A stretch of DNA of 64,000 nt from the human T2T-CHM13v2.0 reference genome, Homo sapiens: assembly GCF_009914755.1 (NCBI RefSeq), contig NC_060927.1. One strand, 5' to 3'. Every line of letters begins with the position of its first letter. The stretch's first letter is position 1. Positions 1-12,221 of this stretch are shown one piece after another. The position numbers and the translations under genes were made by a program. Below the pieces are notes generated by a model. That model searched no databases. It was given only the letters and a program-made list of their open reading frames with translations, and had not been told where the DNA came from.

Positions 1-87
1 CCACGAGTTCGAGATCGCAGTAAGCTATGATCATTCCACTGTACTGCAGCCTGGGTAACAGAGACCCTGTCGCTAAATAAATAAATA
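1..87 (+). mobile_element. Alu/FRAM 3' fragment
   Basis: CCACTGTACTGCAGCCTGGGTAACAGAGACCCTGTC followed by an (AAAT)n tail. Confidence 0.8.
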
Positions 88-229
88 GACCTGAGTTGGA
101 ATATCGGCTCTGGAGACCTTAGTGTAACCATGCGCAAGTGTTTACTCACCTATTAAATGAGACTAAAGGTATTTTCTTCTCATGACTATATATAGCATAC
201 CACTAAGCCCTCTAGACATCATATTCCCC

Positions 230-850
230 ATCCATCGCCCCGTCCAGTGGACCAGGGATGAAGCGGGGATGCGCTAGGCATCCCGGTTTGTCACCAGGGG
301 GCGTGCGAGGCCCTCAGCTTGGCGGGCGGTGAGGCGTGGGGTGACGGGGGGATGGCGGGGGCCGGCATGCGCGCGCATGCGCCGTGGTAAAAGGCCGGTA
401 CCTCGGGCAAGATGGCTATCAAGAGTATCGCTTCCCGCCTCCGGGGTTCCCGTCGTTTTCTGAGCGGCTTCGTGGCTGGGGCTGTAGTGGGCGCTGCGGG
501 AGCTGGGCTCGCGGCCCTGCAGTTCTTCCGGAGTCAGGGCGCTGAGGGAGCGTTGACAGGGAAGCAGCCGGATGGTAAGTCTGTGGGCCCGTCCTCCCTT
601 CGCTGGCCCAGATTTCGGGCTCCGACTCCTACCTGGAGTGTGAATGGCAGTCCTTGACGGACAGCCTTCACCGTTTGCTGGGCCCCTAGCCTGGCCCTTG
701 GTTTCTGACCTTTATTCTCCCGGCTCGGCCTCCCTTCCCCACCTCGCGTCTCGCCAGCTTCCCTCATGTCCTTCCTTCCCCCGGGCATCTTCGTTTTCTG
801 CACAGAACCACCCCCGCCGCCCGACTTTCTTCCCCCCAGTTACTCATCGC
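230..850. promoter_or_regulatory. EXOG: CpG-island promoter of EXOG
   Basis: Very GC/CpG-rich stretch spanning exon 1. Contains NRF1-type GCGCATGCGC (373-382), YY1-type CAAGATGGC over the start codon (408-416) and CTCF-like TCACCAGGGGGCGT (291-304). Confidence 0.85.
412..574 (+). CDS. EXOG: EXOG coding exon 1 (mitochondrial targeting sequence and hydrophobic anchor)
   Basis: MAIKSIASRLRGSRRFLSGFVAGAVVGAAGAGLAAL: Arg/Ser-rich leader then a hydrophobic segment. Donor GATG|GTAAGT at 574/575; 163 nt. Confidence 0.97.
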
Positions 851-1672
851 GATATCTATGTTTTAATGTCTGTGTTCTCTACTAAGATTGTTAGCTCCAT
901 AAGACTTGAGACTATGTCTGTTTTGGTCTCCATCATCTAACCAGCACAGTACCTGGTACATAATTGGCATTCAGTAAGTATGAATGAAGGAATAAATTAA
1001 TACATAATTTTAGTAGATGAGTTAACTGCCCTTCTTTCGTCATTGTTCAGTTGAAGAATACCTGCTATCCCTCCAAAGTGTATAAAAACTCATGTTGCAA
1101 TGGGTACCTTATATTTGACAAAAAAAAAAAAAAAATTAACACGAGCTCATTTCTTGTACTTTGCGGATGTGCTAATTTAACTTGCTCCTTTGGATACTTG
1201 GCATCTAGCAAGAGAACTACCCCCTTGGGGGGTTGAGGATTTGAGAAGGCATCGGGGAGGATTATCTCGAAACTGACTCACTGCTGAATGTGTGCTTGGT
1301 TTCTCCCACTAGGAAAAACAGTACCAGTTTTACTGTCATCTTGCAACAGCACACATATCAGTGCTTCAGAGATGATTTGGAAATTTGATGTGAAAGACTA
1401 ATAAGATCAAGTCTTTATTCAAAAGTTAATGCAGTAGCTGCATTTTATTCACTGATTATAGGCAAATCAGTACTTTGCCTACTGTCTGTTTTCTTCATCT
1501 CATAAGTAATTGCAAAAATGAGATTTTCTGGTTGATTAGACTTCTGAGCCAGTCCTTTGTAAATCACACCGCTCTCCTTTTCCTTATAATCTTTCATTAT
1601 TAAGAGCCACTAATTGTGTGTGTGTGTTTTTTTTGTCTCTGCCCCCCCTTTTTTTTTTTTTTTCATTTTTAG

Positions 1673-1822
1673 GATCTGCAGAAAAGGCTGTCTTGGAACA
1701 ATTTGGATTCCCTTTAACTGGAACAGAGGCAAGGTGTTACACTAATCACGCTTTGTCTTATGATCAGGCAAAGCGGGTGCCTAGATGGGTTCTTGAACAT
1801 ATTTCCAAAAGCAAGATAATGG
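1673..1822 (+). CDS. EXOG: EXOG coding exon 2
   Basis: Acceptor TTTTAG|GA, donor ATGG|GTAGGT; 150 nt. Encodes GSAEKAVLEQFGFP...RVPRWVLEHISKSKIM, in frame with exon 1. Confidence 0.96.
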
Positions 1823-2325
1823 GTAGGTGGTTGGATAAAAAAACTGAAGTAACAGTATTTATGAAAGATGTCTCCAAATTTAAAACAGGGATGATTATTA
1901 ATATTCTCAACCTTTTTCATATCATAGCACATGTAGAAAATTATATTTATATAACTTACTGGTTAAATCAACCCTGCCTGGCAGCCAGAAAGCCAGACCC
2001 TTTCCAGCTGTCTCAGGGCTGAAAATACCCATATCTTGACACACTAGTTGGGAGGCTCTGTCATAAATATTACAGCAATGAGCACCATTCAGTTTTACCT
2101 TAACAAATATTTATGTGCCTGCTATGTGTCTGGCACTGTGGTAACCCTTGGGGACCTATGTGTGACCAGAGTAGAGGATCTCTACCCCAGTGACACTTTG
2201 AGTTGGGAGAGTGGGTTGACCCATCAAACAAATAATTTTAGATGTATAATTACAATAATTTTTCCAAAGGAGGTGATTGCAAGTTAGTGTAGTATAATTA
2301 AGGAACAGTAAAAAGTTTGATGAGA

Positions 2326-2612
2326 GGCTGGGCGTGGTGGCTCACACCTGTAATCCCAGTACTTTGGGAGGCTGAGGCGTTTGAGCTCAGGAGTTTGAGA
2401 TGAGCCTGGCCAACATGGCAAAACCGCGTTTCTACAAAAAATACAAAAATTAGCTGGGCGTGGTGGTGCACCTCTGTGGTTCCAGCTACTTGGGGGACTG
2501 AGATGGGAGGATCTCTTGAGCCCAGGAGGTGGGGGTTGCAGTGAGCCAAGATCGCAGCACCACACTCCAGCTTAGGCAACAGAGGGAGAATGTGTCTCAA
2601 AAAAAAAAAAAA
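2326..2612 (+). mobile_element. Alu, full length
   Basis: GGCTGGGCGTGGTGG start, A tail, TSD AAAAGT(T/G)TGATGAGA. Confidence 0.93.
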
Positions 2613-3688
2613 GTGTGATGAGAGATTATAACACAAGAACCTGATTTTGATTAGTAAGGCTTCTCTGGAAAAGTGGACTGAAGAGTGAACGGAAATTACT
2701 TAGGCAAGGGGTTGAATGTGCCATGGGATATGGAGAAGAGCATTCTAGGAAGAAAGGAACATTTGCATCTTCGGAGGCCCCCAATGTGGACAGGAGTTTT
2801 GTTCTTTTAGGGAACTAAAAGAGTGCCAGTAGATGAATGAGGGGGAAGGTGATGTGAAATGATGCTGGAGAAGTAAGCAGGTGTGTCAGTTTATTCATGT
2901 GTCCTTATGTCTTGATAGGGTCCTGTAGAATTGCCAGATCTTGATAATTAATGTCAAATTGGTTTCTAGGTAGATTCTTCAAGTTTACACTCCTAGCATC
3001 ATTGTTTCTTCTCTCTCTCAACCTTCACCTATGGTGAGCATTACTGAGCTTTACCAATTTAATGCTCATTTTACTTGTGTTTATTGATTATCAATGAGGG
3101 TTAACATGCTGTGAATTAGTCTTTTTTGGTAAGTTATTCTTTACCTATTTCAGTTGGGGTATTCTCTTTTGAATTTATTTGTAAAAGTTCTTTTATTTAT
3201 TAAGGATATTACCTTTTGTCACAGTTGTTTTGTTCCCTTTTGTTATTTGCTTTTTAATTTGCTGTGTGTTCCACATATTCTCCTTTGCTTTAAAATGTGT
3301 GCTATGGCTATGCATATTAAAATGCTGATATTAAAGTTAGTGTGTGCCATTCTAGAGTGCACAGCAACCAGCAGAATAACAGGAGGCTTGGAATGTACTT
3401 GGTGTTAGACAGAAACTGATGTAAGTGAAAACTTTATCAAGCATATAAGAAAACCTGGGCATTTTATATTGTATAATAAGTCTTGTGAGCTGTGTACTTT
3501 TGAGGCAATAAAATAGAGCCAATTAATATTATTTGAAAATAGGGAGCAATGTACCTGTGTTTTACTTGATTTTAATGTAAAAGGTCTTCTGTTTTCAGTA
3601 ATGATGGACTGAGTTATTCAGATAGAATCTTCCTGCTGAAACAGAAAATGTTAGTATATAAAAAGTGTATATCTGTATTTTTTTTACC

Positions 3689-3812
3689 TTTTTTTTTGAG
3701 ATGGATTTTTGCTATGTTGCCTAGGCTGGTCTTGAATTTCTGGGTTCAAGTGACCCTCCTGCCTCAGCCTCCTGAGTAGCTGGGATTACAGGTATGTGCC
3801 ACTATGCCCAAC
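3689..3812 (-). mobile_element. FLAM/Alu monomer
   Basis: Poly-T followed by a single Alu-monomer sequence. Confidence 0.8.
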
Positions 3813-5398
3813 TAAAAGTATATCTTTTAAAAAATGGCTTAAGAAAAATGAAGAGCCAGCAGCATAGTGGCGAATTGCTAGGTTAGTGTTGGTGGGAGAA
3901 AGCGAGAATCCAAAGAGGTAAGCGCAGTCTTGGCAAACCAAAACCACATTTGCCTTTGAATTCACAGCATTATGGGGTGAGGAGGATTGAAGGAAAGACC
4001 TAAGACTCACCCAAGGTAGATTGTCCTGTAGGTCTTGCAGTGTAGGAGACCCTTCCTGTGTTACCCTGGAACTCCAAAGGGCTACATCCTCAGGGAAGAG
4101 TGAACTAGAACTAACTTCCCTGCCCACTCTTAGGGACTACATGGAAGGTTGTCTTGGCACTGAACGGAGAAAGGTCAAAAGGAAGATAAAAAGTTTGTTC
4201 CAGAGAAGGTAAAGTCAAAAACTGGCTATCATGCAGACTTACAGCCCAAATCTGTGCATCGAGAGGAGATCAGGGAACCTTAATCCCTGAGCATGGTTTA
4301 ATACGGTTCTCCACTGGGAATACTGCTAGACACCTTACAGCAGTAAATTTATATCTTTTCTCAAGGAAGGTATCTTTTTAGGTCTTTGGAAATTCCTACA
4401 AATTGCTTTTCCAGGGCAGTAAGCACCAGCCAAAGATAACTAGCTGTAGAAGGAAGTGATTCCAATGGTAATGACACTTAGAAATTTACTAATGATAAAT
4501 TTTTCTGTATTATTCTTTATAAAGTGATTCTAAAAAGCTACATATATGATACTTTACTGTAAACTTTGGGATCTGATACTAAATTTTTCTTGGCTGAATG
4601 AAATCACCTTGGAATCAGTGACTTCATTGTTCTCCATTTTACACTTCTTTGAATAACAGTCTGAGTATGTTTCATTTGTTGTCATAACTTTTGTAGTTTA
4701 AGAAAGTCTCACCTCACGATAGTGCAATAGGTAGTGTTAGGATTTGCTAATGTTCTCTGTGACAAACCATTCTGGAGGTGTCAGAAAATAAATAAAATCT
4801 GAGATTTCTTCTCTCCTATGTGGTACCCAGATATTCTGTTTTAGAAATTTCTGGGTGGAGCTCATAACTTAAATGTTTATTTTGTCATGGTTCGAGAGGC
4901 AGTAAGCAAGATATCAGAGACACTCCTCTCCCCAAGGCTGTGCTTGCCTAGAACAAATTGTTTTGTGTCTATATATATCCATTATTTCAGTACACATAAA
5001 CTTGTCAAATACAATCGTACAAAATACAATACATGGGAGTCTTTTTTAAAAAACAAGAGTTTATTTAGTAGCCAAGCTTTTTATATAGTTTAGTGTTTTG
5101 ATTGGTGATTGTTTTTACTTAAAATACTATTCAGAGGAGTTTTTCTTTAACTGGAAAGGCCAGAGTCAAAATTATATGAGATAGCTACACTGTATGAAAA
5201 GCATTCTTTCCTAGACTAGTACTTTCTAAATTCAGATGAAGTATCTGAACTATCCCAGGAACTTGAGACATGCATGCAATCCCTAATACTAGCTGCTTGG
5301 AGAGACACCAGCCAGTAGCAACCAGCTTGCCTTGCTTAGAGAATCTTGAGGGACATTTGTCTACTGATAACATATCCATTTTGTGTGTTTTTCTTCAG

Positions 5399-5538
5399 GT
5401 GATGCAGACAGAAAGCATTGTAAATTTAAGCCTGATCCCAATATCCCTCCAACCTTCAGTGCCTTCAATGAAGATTATGTTGGAAGTGGGTGGTCACGAG
5501 GACACATGGCTCCAGCAGGAAATAACAAATTTTCAAGT
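5399..5538 (+). CDS. EXOG: EXOG coding exon 3 (catalytic SRGH, His140)
   Basis: Acceptor TTCAG|GT, donor AGT|GTAGGC; 140 nt. Encodes DYVGSGWSRGHMAPAGN, the beta-beta-alpha-metal nuclease motif (SRGH at 5494-5505; His counts to residue 140). Confidence 0.97.
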
Positions 5539-5783
5539 GTAGGCATACTTTGGGGGAGGGATGGGAATATGGGGCTGATGTTATGCATACAACAGGAATT
5601 AGAGGTTTAAAAACCTAGGAGCCAAACCTTAAAACTTGAGAATTTCCATACTCTTATTTTTCTTCCTGACAATATGTCTCTTCTTTCAATCACATACCGA
5701 GACATTTTTAAACAGGTTGAATGAGGAAAACTAAGTGCTATGTGAAGGGAACTAGAAAGCCACTGGGAGCTGAAGCTACTCAC

Positions 5784-6277
<494 letters not shown>

Positions 6278-6289
6278 TAATTAGTTAAT

Positions 6290-6445
6290 TAGAGACAGAG
6301 TCTCGCTTTGATGCCCAGGCTGGAGTACAGTGGTGGAATCATAGCTTACTGTAGTCTTGAACTCCTAGGCTTATACGGTCCTCTTTCCTCAGCTTCCCGA
6401 CTAACTAGGACTATAGTCATGTTTCATCATGCCTGGCTAATTTAT
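6290..6445 (-). mobile_element. Old Alu (J-like) right arm
   Basis: GAGACAGAGTCTCGC...CATAGCTTACTGTAG...GCCTGGCTAATT. Confidence 0.8.
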
Positions 6446-6932
6446 TTTAAAAAATTTTTTTAATTTGTAGAAATTTATAGAAAAGGTGAAAAAATAGTAC
6501 AACAAACATTGATACATTTACTTTACATATACATATGTAAATTCTGCAACCATTGACAAAGTTGCAGACATGTTTTATTTCTAAATGGATTGCTCAGGAG
6601 TATGCATCATCTAAGAATGAGGATGTTTATATATATGAGTATATATAAATACAAGTATCACACCAAGAAGTGTATACTAATACATTTTTATATATTTGTG
6701 CAGTAATATTATCTAAAATACAATGTATAGTCAGCTTTCCCACATGGTCCTAATTATGACCTTTATAGCTTTTTTGATTCAGTATTCAATCATGAATCAC
6801 ACATTACATTTAGTTATCATATTTCTTTAGTCTTCTTTAATCTAGAATGATTTCCCTGCCAAAAAGTGGGAGGAGTGTCTTTCATGATATTGACAATTGT
6901 TGCGTAAACTATTGGTGATTATGTCATTAAGA

Positions 6933-7120
6933 TAGTAATTCTCAACCTTGGACACTCATTATAATCACCTGGAGAAGTTTTTGCAGTCCTGATGCCCAGA
7001 CCTGAACCTCATACTTACAAAACTGGAAACTCTCAGGGATGAGACCCAGGCATCAATATCAATATTTTTAAAGCTCCCTAGATTATTCCAATGTGCACCC
7101 AAGATTGAGAGCGACTGCTT
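6933..7120. mobile_element. MER5-type hAT DNA transposon remnant
   Basis: Terminal motifs TTCTCAACCTTGG...ATCACCTGG and GATTATTCCAATGTGCACCCAAGATTGAGAGCGACTG. Confidence 0.7.
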
Positions 7121-7658
7121 GAAGAGAAGGTACTTGTAGCATTGGCAGTTAGTATAGATCAGTGAGGAAATTACAGTGAGGTAGAGCCTTGTATATTTGG
7201 GTGAAAAATGTGAAGTGAATGAACACATAGTGGCCAGATATTCAGAAGAACAAGGACGTTTTCTCTGCCACTTTTGAACTAGTATGTTTGTACTGTACTA
7301 AAATAACTTTTGTGAAAATTGATCTCTATTGAGAAACTCTTTGCCAGAGGCTTAAAACCAGAATTTGCCCTTAAGCTTTGTGTTGGAAATATTTAGTTCT
7401 TAGAATTCACGTTATAGGTTTGGATTTTATAATTGATAAGCCTACCTGACTACTTACTTTATAGTCCTCATTTTGAATAATTATTATAAGAGCTTTCTGT
7501 CCTGGAATAATTATGGCTTTCATTTATTGAAACAAGTAGTCAATAATTGCCTAGCACTAATGTTTAAATAAGAAAGTGTTTTTCTGTGTCTTTTTAATAA
7601 AATATCTTTTAAAGGGGAAAGCATTTCAGTGCAAGTTACTATGTTTCTTTCTTTACAG

Positions 7659-7735
7659 AAAGCCATGGCTGAAACCTTTTACCTTTCTAACATTGTGCCT
7701 CAGGATTTTGATAATAATTCTGGATATTGGAACAG
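7659..7735 (+). CDS. EXOG: EXOG coding exon 4
   Basis: Acceptor TTACAG|AA, donor AG|GTGAGG; 77 nt. Encodes KAMAETFYLSNIVPQDFDNNSGYWN(R). Not present in the ORF track. Confidence 0.96.
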
Positions 7736-8129
7736 GTGAGGGATGAGAGTTTTAAAAACATGATTCTATGGAAGATAAATGAAGTGACAGGAGAATGTAC
7801 TGATGTGCCTATTAGCTGTTTCTGTCTTTGTTTTTCAAAAGCTAAGCCTCTGAAGGTAAGTATGTTGGGCCAGTTTTCTTTGCTGTGTTTTGGGAGTACA
7901 GCCTTCTACAGAAGATCAGACTTCAAAACGTAGCCTGCCTTTTTGATCATGTTTGCCACTGTTCAAAAGTCAAGTTTTGAAAGAAATGACTCAAAATAAT
8001 AATCTTAATAATTGAGGCAGCATCTTTTTTGAGTGTGTTCAGTGAACACTATTATTTTCTCTTGTATTCCAATATTTCTTAGCTTTTTTTAAAAAAACAG
8101 TTTTGTATTTCAAGAGCTCCTGAGCTTTA

Positions 8130-8419
8130 GGCCAGGGTCAGTGGTTCATGTCTATAGTCTCAGCACCTGGAGAGGCCGAGGCAGGAGAATTGCTTGAGGC
8201 CAGCAGTTTGAGACTGGCCTGGGACATAGTGAAGCCTTGTCTCTACTAAAAATTTAAAAAATTAACCAAGTGTGGTGGTCCATGCCTGTATCCCAGCTAC
8301 TCAGGAGGCTGAGGTGGGAGAATCACTTGAGCCCAGGAGTTTGAGGCTATAGTGAGCGGTGATTGTGCCACTGCACTCCAGTCTGGACAACAGAGCAAGA
8401 CCCTATCTCAAAAAAAAAA
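8130..8419 (+). mobile_element. Alu (J-like)
   Basis: Dimeric Alu with A tail. Confidence 0.9.
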
Positions 8420-8450
8420 GTTCCTGAACTTAAAAAAAGTTGGGGTATAG

Positions 8451-8777
<327 letters not shown>

Positions 8778-9525
8778 ACTATTAACCAGTTTTTGATAGA
8801 ACCTAACTATAAAATAATCTGGGCCTTCTACATTTTTCTGACACTGTCAGGTGGCTTCTTTATGCATCTAAAACTAACGGTTTGAGGTTCTTTCAGGCTA
8901 TTGTGTTTTTCCCCATATAGTACTTTGTGGTTTAAAATAATGAAGAGAGCACCCTGCACCAATGAGAGACTTCAGCAGTTATCAGTCATGGCGACATTTG
9001 TTTCATCTACATACCCTCACTTTGCCCCACTCAGATTATTTTTAGCAGATTGCAGATATTTTATCCATAAATGTTTCGTTACATATATTTAGAAGATAAG
9101 GATTCTTTTAAAATATAACCACAGTATTATTAATGCCCTTAAAGAATTTAACAATAATTCTTTATTACCAATTTTATAGTCAGTGTTCAAATTTTCCTGG
9201 TTGTCTTTAATTTTTTGTTGTTGTTGGTTGGTTTGAACCAGGATTCAAATAAGATAGACACAAAAATTTGGTTGATATGTCTCTTTAGTTCCTATAAATC
9301 TGTAGATTTTCCTTTCTTTTTTTTTTTCCTCCATTCAGATTATCTGTTGAAGATCTAGGATGTTTGTCCTAGAGTTTCCTTTCCATATTCTGGATTTGCT
9401 GATCGCATACCTGTGGAAGCATTTAACATTTTCTTTTCCCAAGAGATAAATTTCTGGGAGGAAAACTTTACCTTGTAATTGGACATATATATACACCCTA
9501 TTAAAAATAATTTAAAAAAATTTTT

Positions 9526-9625
9526 AAGGCCAGTCAAGTGAAGCAGTGGGAGTAGAGAAGGAACAAAGAAGTATGTAACTGGTTGTGAACAATTAGTTGT
9601 AAACACCACTGCACTTATACCAGCC
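9526..9625 (-). pseudogene. Y3 RNA (RNY3-like) retrocopy
   Basis: The - strand reads GGCTGGTATAAGTGCAGTGGTGTTTACAACTAATTG...CACTGCTTCACTTGACTGGCC, near full-length hY3 with substitutions. Flanking direct repeat TAAAAATAATT at 9502-9512 and 9628-9638. Confidence 0.9.
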
Positions 9626-9716
9626 TATAAAAATAATTGGATTTTACTTTTTAGATAAGAAACTGAGGAATGAGGACATGCATTGTTATCTCTCATTTAG
9701 AAATCTCTTCCAACTG

Positions 9717-10012
9717 GGCCGGGTGCAGTGGCTCATGCCTGTAATGCCAGCACTTTGGGAAGCCGAGGTGGGCAGATCGCTTGAGGTCAGGAGTTGGAGA
9801 CCAGTCTGGGCAACGTGGCAAAACTGTCTATTTTAGTAGACACTAAAAATAAAAAAAAAATTAGCCGAGTGTGGTGGCACACACCTAAAATCCCAGCTAC
9901 TCGGGAGGCTGAGGCAGGAGAATCGCTTAAACCCAGGAGATGGAGGTTGCAGTGAGCTGAGCCTGGGTGACAGAGTGAGTGAGACTCCGTCTCAAAAGAA
10001 AAAAAAAAAAAA
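9717..10012 (+). mobile_element. Alu (S-like)
   Basis: GGCCGGGTGCAGTGG start, A tail, TSD CTTCCAACTG. Confidence 0.92.
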
Positions 10013-10028
10013 CTTCCAACTGCAGTCA

Positions 10029-10325
<297 letters not shown>

Positions 10326-10334
10326 TTAATTTTT

Positions 10335-10397
10335 TAGAGTAAATTGATATAACCCTATTAAAAGCTTATAGAGTAAATTGATATAACCCTATTAAAA
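10335..10397. repeat. Exact 29-bp direct duplication
   Basis: TAGAGTAAATTGATATAACCCTATTAAAA at 10335-10363 and 10369-10397. Confidence 0.95.
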
Positions 10398-10897
10398 ATG
10401 TTAGTTTTACATATGATGACGAGTCTTTAAAATAAATTCATTCAGTAATTCTGGTCCTTGAAATTTATCCTAAGGAATTGATACAACGTTGCATTATATA
10501 AGAAATGTTAACATAAGCCCAATTGTCCTGCAAGAGGAATGGTTAAATAAAGTATATCATCTTGTTGGAATGATACATAATTCTTGAAAGCTGGTTGGGA
10601 ACTATGGCATAAAAAAAGTTTTAAGTTCATGAAATTTGAATTCCAGAATGTACTCTGAGCGCACATAAAGAAAAATGTAGATAGTTTTGTTAGTGTATGT
10701 GATTTTTAAGTTTTTTCTGTGCAGTAAGCAAACTGGGAAAATAATTGTTTATATGCTTATAATGTTTTGTGCCATGTTCTTGTTTAATTTCTCAAATGCA
10801 GTTTTTCTTGGTATCTTTCATAGGAATTGATATGATTTGCTGCTGTCTTACATGTATATATGTGAGAATATCATACATTTTTTTATTTGTTTTTCAG

Positions 10898-11012
10898 AAT
10901 AGAAATGTACTGTCGAGAGCTGACAGAAAGGTTTGAAGATGTTTGGGTGGTATCTGGGCCTTTGACCTTACCTCAGACTAGAGGCGATGGAAAGAAAATA
11001 GTTAGTTACCAG
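10898..11012 (+). CDS. EXOG: EXOG coding exon 5
   Basis: Acceptor TTTCAG|AA, donor CAG|GTAAGG; 115 nt. Encodes (R)IEMYCRELTERFEDVWVVSGPLTLPQTRGDGKKIVSYQ. Confidence 0.96.
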
Positions 11013-11646
11013 GTAAGGATGTTTAATAGTCAGGTTTATGTTATCTGTATGAGATTATAATCTCACTTTCCATTCTGCTTTTTATTTTTATTTTTATCAT
11101 TCAAAAAAAATTTTGCATTCTACTTTTTAATTTCACTTATTCAACAATATTTATTGAACACCTATTAGGAATGATAGGCATAGGGAATATAGTGATGGAT
11201 AAAAGCAACTATTGACTTCAAGGAACTCACGGTTTAGAGTGGAAAACAGATGTTAACAATTAATTACATTAAAGTGTGACATGCTGTAATAGAGGTAAAC
11301 ACACACAGTGTGGTCTTGTGAAAGGACTGATGGGCTCTACTCATATGAGTCAGGAACGCTTAAAAGAGGAAGTGATATTGAGCTATACCTTGACAGATAA
11401 GAGTCAGGAGTGGACCCTGAGGATTCCAGAGGATGGAGCAGGATGAGCACAGGACATTTGTGGTCAACATCAGGGTTTTGAGATTTATATATCATTCATA
11501 AAAATTGGAGCTTATGGTACAAAACAGTGTGGGTGGCTCAAGGGGTATGAAGAGTTCCATAACAACAGGTGGACGGGTGAGATAATATGCGACTTTCTAT
11601 TCTATGATGAAGACTTGGGTTTTAATTTTTAGGCACTAAGAAGTCA

Positions 11647-12221
<575 letters not shown>

